Made by a program: the position numbers and the translations under genes | Source of the DNA: Chitinophagales bacterium | GTDB taxonomy: Bacteria > Bacteroidota > Bacteroidia > Chitinophagales > Chitinophagaceae | Reading direction: 5' to 3' | Length of the DNA: 64,000 nucleotides | Assembly (NCBI GenBank): GCA_013298665.1 | Contig: JAAFIK010000020.1 | Location: 9,635-73,634 of the forward strand | In this document: positions 18,501 through 27,561 of the stretch, one piece after another | Layout: each line of letters begins with the position of its first letter | How positions within the stretch are numbered: position 1 is the first letter of the stretch | The notes under the pieces: model-generated | Told to the model about the DNA's origin: nothing | The model's input: the letters and a program-made list of their open reading frames with translations, nothing else | The model's database searches: none

Positions 18501-21500
18501 CCAGTTGTATCCTTTTGAAAAACTGCTGGAAGAGATGACTGGTGACAGTCCTGAACCGCGCCGGCCTTTGTTTGGTGTAATGGTATTGCTGCAAAATTTT
18601 ATGGATGCGGATGCGCCGTTGTTGCTGGGTGATGCCGTGCTGACAAGAACGCGTGCCGCAACCCCGCACGGGTTTACAGATTTGTTGCTTGAGTTTGAAG
18701 AAAGCCGGGGTTGCTACCTGTTCAGCATTACCTGTAATACCCGCCGGTACACAGCGGAAGGTATTGCACTTCTGGCCAGTCATTTCAGGCACCTGCTGGC
18801 AGCGGTTTCGGAAAATGATGGTCTTTTCATCAGCAGATACGATTTTCTTACACCTGAGGAAAAACAAATCCACCGCAATTTTAACCATCACCCTTTTACT
18901 GCCCGTCGCCTGCGGCTGCCTGTACACGTTTTGTTTGAAAAGCAGGTGGTACTCCACCCTGAGGCGGTTGCGGTTTATGCGGGAGATGTTTTTCTTACGT
19001 ATCGCGAACTCAACGAACGTTGTAACCGTATTGCCCATCACCTGCGTACGGAGTTGCCCGTCAGTCCGGATACCTGTATTGCTTTCCGGACGGGCAGGAA
19101 TGAAAATATACTTGTAGCCATGCTTGCCATCCTCAAAACGGGTGCTGCTTTTCTGGCAATGGATGAAGAATGGCCGGTTGACCGCTGTGCGCAGGTGGTG
19201 AACGACAGCAAGAGCCTGGCATTACTGGTGGATAGCGAAACCCATCCGGCATTGCAGGATAGTGTTGCGGCTGCATTGCTGGTGGATATTGACGATGTTG
19301 TTTGCTGGTCGGGCAGGACAGACAATCCGGTTTATACGGGTGCTATTGAAAACCTGGCTTATCTCATTTATACTTCCGGCACAACGGGTCGTCCCAAGGG
19401 CATCATGATTGAGCAGGGTACGCTCACCGACTATGTCCAGTATTTTATCCATTACTTCGGCATAACCGCACGCGACGTGGTGATGCAACAGGCTTCCGTA
19501 GCTTTTGATACTTTTATTGAGGAAATCTTTCCGGCGATTTGTGCCGGGGGACGGGTAGTGATCGCCAGGGCAGGAGGGCGTGATATCCCCGCGCTGCTTG
19601 CACTCATCAAACAACACGCGGTAAGTATTCTTTCCACTACGCCATTGGTACTGAATGAGATCAATTACCAGTACGACAGCCGGATATCAACGCTTCGCCT
19701 CATCATCAGCGGGGGGGATGTGCTGCAGCCGCAATATGTTGATCAGCTTTTTCAGAATGTTTCGCTGTACAATACCTATGGCCCCTCAGAAACAACTGTA
19801 TGTGCCACCTTTCACCAGATTACCGCACTGGAGAACGCCGGGGTCATTGGTAAGCCGGTGGGTAATGGTGAGGTATGGATACTTGATGAACACCTGCAAC
19901 CACTGCCCTTCGGGGTACCGGGTGAATTGTATATCGGGGGCGGACTGGCGAGGGGATACTTCGGACAACCGGAACTGACTGCGAGGCATTTTATTCCGCA
20001 TCCTTTTGCACCGGGCAGACGATTGTACCGCTCAGGGGATATGGCTAAGCTGACGTATGCCGGTGAACTTGTATTTGCCGGCAGGGCAGACGACCAGGTG
20101 AAGATCCGCGGGCACCGGGTAGAATTACAGGAGGTGGAGAACTGTCTGCTGCAATACCCTGGTATCATTCAGGCTGCAGCAGTGCCGGAACCGGCAACAG
20201 CCCGGCTCACCGGATTTGTTGTTGCGCAGACCCGTATTGCTGCAACAGCCCTGCACGAGTTTATGCACCTGCACCTGCCATATTATATGGTGCCTGTCCG
20301 TTTTATTTTTCTTGCTGCACTACCGCTTACCGGTAACGGAAAGCTGGATAAAAAGCAATTGCTTGAACGGGCGCTGCTGCCCGATCCGCAGGAGCCGGGG
20401 CTGTCTGTACCCCTGCAGCCGCTGGAAGCCGGTTTGCTGGATATTGCCCGGGTTATTCTGCAAAGCCCGGCCATGCATGCCGGGGATCATTTTTTTGCAC
20501 ATGGCTGCACTTCAGTAAAAGCAGCTTCTTTCTGTTCGGCGATACAAAAACAACTCGGTTGCCAGGCCACTATACGGGATGTTTTCCTGTACCCAACGGT
20601 ATTGCGTCTTGCCGCCATTGTAAAAACACAACAGCCGCATCAGCCTGCACCGCTCCTCCTCACCGAAACGATGGATGATTATCCATTGTCGCCTGCGCAG
20701 AGCCGTTTATGGTTGCTGGCGCAATTGCAAAAGGAATCATTTGCTTACCATGAAGCGGAATGGTTTGTGCTGACCGGGGCACTGAACCCGGACTGGGTAA
20801 AAGAGGTGTTTGGGGCAATTGTGCGTAAATATGAAGTCTTCAGAACGCAGTTTGTACAGCGTGAAGGTATTCCGAGACAGATCGTCAGGGAACACGATGC
20901 TTGTCCATTAGCATTCACCTGTACTGATGTCAGCACCGCTGCGGCACCGGTGGAGGAGGCCAAAGCTATCCTGGACGAGGCACTGAAACAACCTTTCCGC
21001 CTGGATGAATATCCTTTGTACCGGATCGTACTTGTTAAAGTAGAGACCGGGCAATATTGGTTCTCATTGGTGATGCACCATATTGTTACGGACGATTGGT
21101 CTGCGCGGATTATCCTTGCTGACTTTTTTCAATACTACCATAAACTGAAGCAGGGGCAACCATTACTGGTGAGTGTACCATTGATACAATACAGGCATTA
21201 TGCTGCAGCTCAATCTGCAGCGCCTGTTGAACGGGAAGGGGACAGGCTGTACTGGCAAGACCTTTTTTCAGGCAGTCTGCCTGTGCTGGATTTGTATCCC
21301 GACCGGCCAAGACCTGTCGTCAAACACTATGCCGGCGGGGTTAAATATGCTTCATTTGATACTGCAACCGCCGGCGCGGTACAGGCGTTTTGCCAGGCGC
21401 AGGAAGTCAGCCTTTTTATGTTCCTGCTGTCGGGGGTTTATGTATTGCTGAACCGGTATTCCGGGCAGCAGGATATCGTTATAGGTGTACCGGTATCAGA

Positions 21501-23805
21501 CAGAGGGGATCATGTCTGGCATGATGTACCCGGCTTTTTTATCCATACCCTGCCTTTACGGCTGCAGGCCGGTCCCGGGTGTATTGCTGATCTGCTCGCG
21601 AAGGTGAAGCGGTGTTGCCTGGATGCACTGGCGCACCAGTCGTACCCCCTCGAAAGCCTGCTCAGCGACCTGCGTGTGCAACGGAATACGGGTCGTGCAC
21701 CGCTGTTTGATGTGATTGTAAACCTCAATACAACAGCGGATACAAAAGGTATTGCGGATTGTGGTATCCATTACGAACGCCTGCCCAAAACGGAGACGGG
21801 TTCAAAATACGATCTTGAGTTTTACTTTGAGGAAACGGTTGATGGGTTATCTGTTGCACTGGTTTATGACAAATACTTGTTTGACGAATCCCGGATGACC
21901 CGGATGCTTGATCATTTGCAAAACCTGCTCCGGGAGCTTTGTGCTGACCCGTTTGCAGCATGGCATCGCCTGGAGCTGTTGTTGCACACGGAGAAGGAAT
22001 TGTTGTTAAAAACGTTTAACCCTGTGCCTGTACCGCAGCGGAATGACACCATCACAGAACGCTTTTCGCAACAGGTGGCAGTACGGCCGGGTGCGGCTGC
22101 TGTTGCCTGTGGCGGGCGCATTTTTACCTATGCCGAAATCGACAACCAAAGCAATGCCCTTGCTGCGGCATTGCTGAACAGGTATGCGATACAGCCCGGC
22201 CAGCGCATCGCCCTGCGCCTGGACCGGGGTGCTGAGGTCATCACCTGTATATTGGGCGTATGGAAAGCGGGTGCGGTATATGTACCGCTCGACCCGGGAA
22301 TGCCGGATAAAAGGATTGCCCGGCTCCTGGAGTTGTCGGGCGTCCGGTTGCTCATCACCGATCAGCCGCAGCCGCTGTACCCTGCAGCAACTGTAAGCCT
22401 TGCTGATTTGCTGTCGGGTTTACCCAATGGTTATGCCGGTCAGTTTTTGGTGCTGCCAGTACCTGATGCGGAGAGAACGGCTTATGTGATTTTTACCTCC
22501 GGCTCCACGGGTGAGCCCAAAGGAGTGGAGATCCGTCATGCTTCGGTGAGCAATCTTTTGGACAGTCTTACGCAACGCGTGGGAATGCAGCCCGGGCAAA
22601 CCATGCTTTCCGTAAGTTCTTACACTTTTGACATTTCAGTATCGGAATTTTTTCTCCCCCTTATATCTGGTGCACGGGTAGTGATCGCTGCTGCGGCAGA
22701 AGTAACCAATGCCCGGCTGCTTTGCCGGTTGATGGCCGAACAGCAGCCCGATCTGATGCAGGCTACACCGGGGCTCTGGAGTATGCTTGTTGATTATGGC
22801 TGGGAAGGTAATACAGGGCTGACGGCGATTACCTGTGGTGAACCGCTGGGGCAGGTGTTGCGCGACAGGTTGCTGGAAAGGACAAAAGCGTTGTGGAATA
22901 TGTATGGCCCTACCGAGACCACCATTTTTTCATCCGGTGTACAGGTTACGGCAGCAGATGAGCTGATCACCATTGGCCGGCCACTGGACAATACCGTTAT
23001 GTTCATCCTGGATGACAACCTGCAACTGCTGCCTGTTGGTACACCGGGGCAATTGTATATTGGTGGTGCGGGAGTGGCTGCGGGTTACCTCAACCAGCCG
23101 CAACTGACCGCAGACAAATTTGTACAGGTGCCAGCCTTGTATCCCGGCACCCTGTATGCTACCGGTGATGTTGCAAGACACAGGGCCGATGGTGCTGTCG
23201 AATACATTGGTCGCGCAGACAACCAGGTTAAGATACGGGGTTACCGGGTAGAGCTTGGCGAGATTGAATACAGGGTGCTGCAATGCCCGGTTGTACAAGC
23301 TGCTGCAGTATTGCTGCAGGATGGGGGAAAGGAATCCCAAAAGATTATAGCCTTTGTTGTCTATAAAGATGGCGCAGATCATTACAACACATTAAATGCT
23401 TACCTGCGCAGTCACCTGCCCCTGTATATGTTGCCTGCGCGATGCCTCGCCGTGCCGGTCATTCCCCTTACGGTCAATGGTAAGGTAGACAGGGCGTTGT
23501 TGCTCAGCCAGTTGCTGCCTGCGTCTGCTGCCCGGGAGCAAGCTGTACCGCCGGTAACAAGAACGGAACGGATACTGTTGGAACTTTGGATGCAGTTGCT
23601 TGATCAGCACCATATCGGTACAACGGACGACTTTTTTGACCTTGGCGGACATTCGCTTATGGCCAATCAACTGCTGAATAAAATTTATCACCGCTTCTCC
23701 GTAGAACTCTTACTGTCTGACATCTTTTTGCACAGCACCATTAAACAATTGGGCGAGAAGATTGAAGCCCTTGAAAAAGAGGCTTATGAGTTTATTGACC
23801 TGTAA
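15562..23805 (+). CDS. NRPS-1, lipo-initiation megasynthetase: FAAL-ACP-C(starter)-A-T-C-A-T
   Basis: ORF 15478..23805; the first ATG with a sensible N-terminus is 15562 (MNLVTVLEQ...). FAAL motifs [32 protein letters not shown] and [22 protein letters not shown]. C motifs HHICTDGWS and [10 protein letters not shown] cores [11 protein letters not shown] and [11 protein letters not shown]. T cores FFAHGCTSV and FFDLGGHSL. Confidence 0.9.
   Translation: [2747 protein letters not shown]
15600..17190 (+). other. Fatty acyl-AMP ligase (FAAL) loading domain (approximate bounds)
   Basis: [46 protein letters not shown] and [12 protein letters not shown]. Followed by an ACP, not preceded by a C domain. 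Confidence 0.8.
17530..18840 (+). other. Starter-type condensation domain following FAAL-ACP (approximate bounds)
   Basis: [12 protein letters not shown]...[12 protein letters not shown]. Its position directly after the acyl carrier implies N-acylation of the first amino acid. Confidence 0.7.
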
Positions 23806-23937
23806 TGCCCTTATATAAGTCCGTGATTTATGCCGTGCTGCTTATACTTGGCCACAGCATCCGGACTGCAACCTGCCGGTCAGTCTGCGCAGCCGGTTAT
23901 CTTTTTTTGTTGTACAGCATGCTAAAAACCAAATACA

Positions 23938-25581
23938 ATGCATTTACTTAAGTTGTTTCAAACACGGTCAAAACTTTTTTATGTTTTCCTGATACTGCTG
24001 GGGCTGGTGAGCAGCCTCACCAATGTAGCCATCCTCATGCAGATCAATATTGCACTGGGCGGAAAACCCCTTATCGATTTCGGCCACTACAACTATATCG
24101 CCTTTATCGTCATGATTGTGGTATCTTTTTTTACCACACTTTTCTTTCAGGGCTATATGGCTGTGCTGACCAACAGTATCATGTACAGCCTTGAACTTTC
24201 TGTAATCGAAAAAGTAAGGAATGCTTCTTTTAATTCATTTGAAAAACTGGGGAGCAACCGCCTTTATGCAGCCATCAGCGATGCGCGTGTACTGAGCCGG
24301 GTGCCGCAGGTTTTTGTTTCTATACTTACCGCCTCTGTTACCCTTGCCTGCTCGCTGCTTTACCTGTTCAGCATCTCCCTGTGGGGAGGGCTGATGCTGC
24401 TGGCGTTGATGGGGCTATTGCTTGTTGTATATATGGTACGCAATAACAAACTGGAACGCGACCAGAATAAGGTGCGGGATCTGCAGGATGGGTATTATGC
24501 ATCCTTGCGGGAACTGTTGATGGGTTTTAAGCAGGTCCGGGTATCGGGCCGGCGGAACAAAACCATTTTTGAGCAGTTTATCCTCGCCAACCGGGGTAAA
24601 GCAAAATCGCTCAACACCAAAGTGTCGAAGGGTTTTGTGATCAACGAACTGATTGGTGTTTATTGCTGGTACATCGTATTGGGGGTGATTATCTTTTTGA
24701 TGCCGCTGCTGTTTAAGATCAGCCTGATCCAGCTTGCCGTTTTTATTACGTCGGTATTGTTTATGATGTCGCCCGTAACACAGTTGATCGTTTTTGTGCC
24801 TTCACTCACCGGGTTTAAGATTGCCCTCAACAGGATTGACCAGATTGATAAGGCCCTGGTGGAAGATGCTTTGCCTGCGGTAAAAGAACTGGCGCCTGCA
24901 AAAACGTTTGATTCGCTACGGTTCCGGAATGTGTTGTACCAGCATGGTGCTGATGAGGCAAATACGTTCCGGCTGGAGTTGGATGACCTGACCATTTCCA
25001 GGGGCGAGATTATCTTTCTGACGGGTGGCAACGGCAGCGGGAAAACGACATTTATCAACCTGCTTACCGGTCTTTATAAAATCACTGCCGGCAGTATTTA
25101 TATTGATGGCAAAGTGGCCGGTTGGGAGGATATGGCCGTTTTCAGCAACAATATGGCCATCGTTTATTCCGACCAGTACCTTTTTTCGGAAAACTATGAC
25201 GGGTACGATCTTTCAGACAAAAATACGTTGATGCAATCCTTTGCCGGTATGTTTAACCTGGACGGTATACTCCGTTACGATGAAAAGAAGAATACATTCC
25301 AGACGGCATTGTCGCGCGGGCAGCAAAAGCGGCTGGCCTTGTTACTGGCTTTACTGGAAGACAAACCCATCCTTATCCTGGACGAGTGGGCTGCCGAGCA
25401 GGATCCGCCCAACCGGAGGGAATTTTACACCGAATGGCTGCCGCTTATACGCAATATGGGCAAAACGATTATCGCCATATCGCATGATGATGACTTTTAT
25501 CACCATGCCGACCGGGTCATCCGTTTCGATTATGGCCGGATCAGCAGCGACTCTGCGCTTCCGGCACTTCAGGAATCATAA
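23938..25581 (+). CDS. Cyclic-peptide export ABC transporter (SyrD/YojI-like fused TMD-NBD half transporter)
   Basis: 547 aa with an N-terminal six-TM region. Walker A GGNGSGKTT, signature LSRGQQKRLAL, Walker B ILILDEW. Embedded between NRPS genes. Confidence 0.8.
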   Translation: MHLLKLFQTRSKLFYVFLILLGLVSSLTNVAILMQINIALGGKPLIDFGHYNYIAFIVMIVVSFFTTLFFQGYMAVLTNSIMYSLELSVIEKVRNASFNSFEKLGSNRLYAAISDARVLSRVPQVFVSILTASVTLACSLLYLFSISLWGGLMLLALMGLLLVVYMVRNNKLERDQNKVRDLQDGYYASLRELLMGFKQVRVSGRRNKTIFEQFILANRGKAKSLNTKVSKGFVINELIGVYCWYIVLGVIIFLMPLLFKISLIQLAVFITSVLFMMSPVTQLIVFVPSLTGFKIALNRIDQIDKALVEDALPAVKELAPAKTFDSLRFRNVLYQHGADEANTFRLELDDLTISRGEIIFLTGGNGSGKTTFINLLTGLYKITAGSIYIDGKVAGWEDMAVFSNNMAIVYSDQYLFSENYDGYDLSDKNTLMQSFAGMFNLDGILRYDEKKNTFQTALSRGQQKRLALLLALLEDKPILILDEWAAEQDPPNRREFYTEWLPLIRNMGKTIIAISHDDDFYHHADRVIRFDYGRISSDSALPALQES

Positions 25582-25636
25582 CAACGGCATCCCTGGCCCG
25601 GCAGGAAATCAGTGATCACCATTTAAAAAAATAATC

Positions 25637-27268
25637 ATGAGTGAAGAAAAATTGTATCTGAAACCCAATGTTGTGTTTGAACCCCTTATCGACCGGTGGT
25701 ATGCCTGGGCGCATCTTGTATCGCCGGCTACAGCCGCAATGAATGTTTTCTCCAAGCACCTGTCTGTTATGGAGTCGTACATCATGGCACCGGGCATACA
25801 TGCAGAAGCCGTTCGTAACCCGAAGATGCGGGGCGGTCCTTTTATGGATTTCAGCAGCGACCGGGTTAAGGAGATAACGGCTCTTGCCGCACACACGCGT
25901 GACAAACGCGCCGGTATGATTGCTTTTGCCAAAGCGGTTAAGGAATTGGATAAACTGCTGGCTACCGAAGCAAAAGGGTTTGGACTGGAAGAACTCTATG
26001 CCCGCGTGCCGGAGATACTCAGGGGGTTTGTGGAATTGTTTTACGACAGGAATAATAATGCGTCATTCCGTTTTTTTGAAGCCTTGCTTTATAAAAGCGA
26101 CTTTTACGACAAGGATGCGCAGGGGATGGCCTTCTGGATCACCAATAACGACCACCGGCCTTTCTGCCTGAGTACCCCAAGGCTGGATGAACCGGGGGTG
26201 CTGCACCTCCCGATTCCGTTTACACACCCGGGTATAGATGAACTGGCAAAAATGCGCCGGGTACCACAAACACTGTCGTACATCAAAAAAGTACTGGATA
26301 TTCCTGCGCAGGAGGAAACCTTGTTCGATAGTTTCTTTACGGCTGAACCGCATCGCGCTTACCATACGTATTCCGGCGATAAAATCAGGATGCGGTATTT
26401 TGGCCATGCCTGTATCCTTGTAGAAACCAGGGATGTTACGATTCTTGTGGATCCGCTGATCAGCTACTATGGTTATCATTCAGCTATCGACCACTTCTCC
26501 GATTGCGATCTTCCTGATGTGATCGATTATGTACTGATCACCCACAATCACCAGGACCATATCCTGTTCGAAACCTTGCTCCCCCTGCGGCATAAAATCA
26601 GGCAGGTGATTGTACCCCGTACTGATGGGGGCAGACTTGAAGACCCAAACCTCAGGCTGATGTTTACACAGCTCGGATTTAAACAAGTCACGGAGATCGG
26701 GGAAATGGAAACCCTGACATTTGCGGATGCAGCCATTACCGGTCTGCCATTTATGGGCGAACACAGCGACCTCAACATCATGGCCAAATGCTGCCACCTG
26801 GTGGAGATCAGCGGTTTCCGGCTGCTGTTTATGGCCGATTCAAGAATCATGGAACCGCGGCTGTACAGGCAGGTACACCGGTGGATCGGGGATATTGATG
26901 TGCTTTTTCTCGGCATGGAATGCGATGGCGCACCACTGTCGTGGTTGTACGGTCCGCTGATGCCGCGGAAAATGGCCCGCGACCAGGACGCCACCCGCAG
27001 GCTCAATGGCTCGGACTGCGAACGCGGTGTTGCCCTGGTTGACATTTTTCATCCCCGGGAAGTATATGTGTATGCCATGGGGCAGGAACCCTGGGTTGAG
27101 TTCATCAGCAGTATTAAATATACCGACGAGTCCAATCCCATCGTTCAGTCGAATCAACTGATCAGTTATTGCGCGGAACGTTCCATTATTGCCGAGCGCC
27201 TGTTTGGAGAAAAGGAACTGCTTTATGAAAGAAGAGAAACCGTACCGCAGGTACTGGCTGAGATTTGA
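25637..27268 (+). CDS. CmlA-like non-heme diiron beta-hydroxylase (N-terminal domain plus metallo-beta-lactamase fold)
   Basis: 543 aa. HNHQDH at residues 303-308 (nt 26543-26560), with downstream carboxylate/His candidates in FMGEHSD (E374/H375), LFMADS (D400) and LGMECDG (E427). An N-terminal domain of about 250 aa precedes the MBL core. Located inside an NRPS cluster. Confidence 0.6.
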   Translation: MSEEKLYLKPNVVFEPLIDRWYAWAHLVSPATAAMNVFSKHLSVMESYIMAPGIHAEAVRNPKMRGGPFMDFSSDRVKEITALAAHTRDKRAGMIAFAKAVKELDKLLATEAKGFGLEELYARVPEILRGFVELFYDRNNNASFRFFEALLYKSDFYDKDAQGMAFWITNNDHRPFCLSTPRLDEPGVLHLPIPFTHPGIDELAKMRRVPQTLSYIKKVLDIPAQEETLFDSFFTAEPHRAYHTYSGDKIRMRYFGHACILVETRDVTILVDPLISYYGYHSAIDHFSDCDLPDVIDYVLITHNHQDHILFETLLPLRHKIRQVIVPRTDGGRLEDPNLRLMFTQLGFKQVTEIGEMETLTFADAAITGLPFMGEHSDLNIMAKCCHLVEISGFRLLFMADSRIMEPRLYRQVHRWIGDIDVLFLGMECDGAPLSWLYGPLMPRKMARDQDATRRLNGSDCERGVALVDIFHPREVYVYAMGQEPWVEFISSIKYTDESNPIVQSNQLISYCAERSIIAERLFGEKELLYERRETVPQVLAEI

Positions 27269-27390
27269 GTAATCACCCGGTATGCCGGATTGGACAAGAC
27301 AACAGCATTGACGCACCAACAGCGGCGGATGCTATTTACATATACCCATGCGTCAGGCTGACTGACCGCTTTTATTTGTTTCCATAATTT

Positions 27391-27561
27391 ATGACAGCAC
27401 AACACATCTTATCCGTTATCAAAACGGCAGAAGCCGCGGGTATTGCTTTCTTTGTTGAAGACGGGGTACTCCGTATCCGCAAATCAAAAGGGGTTGTGCT
27501 CAGTGAGGCATTACTCCGGGAAGTACAGGCATACAAGCAGGAGATACTGACCCACCTGTCT
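27391..27561 (+). other. TubC-N-like beta-hairpin docking domain at the NRPS-2 N-terminus
   Basis: HILSVIKTAEAAGIAFFVEDGVLRIRKSKGVVLSEALLREVQAYKQEILTHLSG precedes the first C domain. The pattern matches the TubC N-terminal docking fold: helix, beta-hairpin (L-R-I/V-R/K), helix. Confidence 0.7.
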
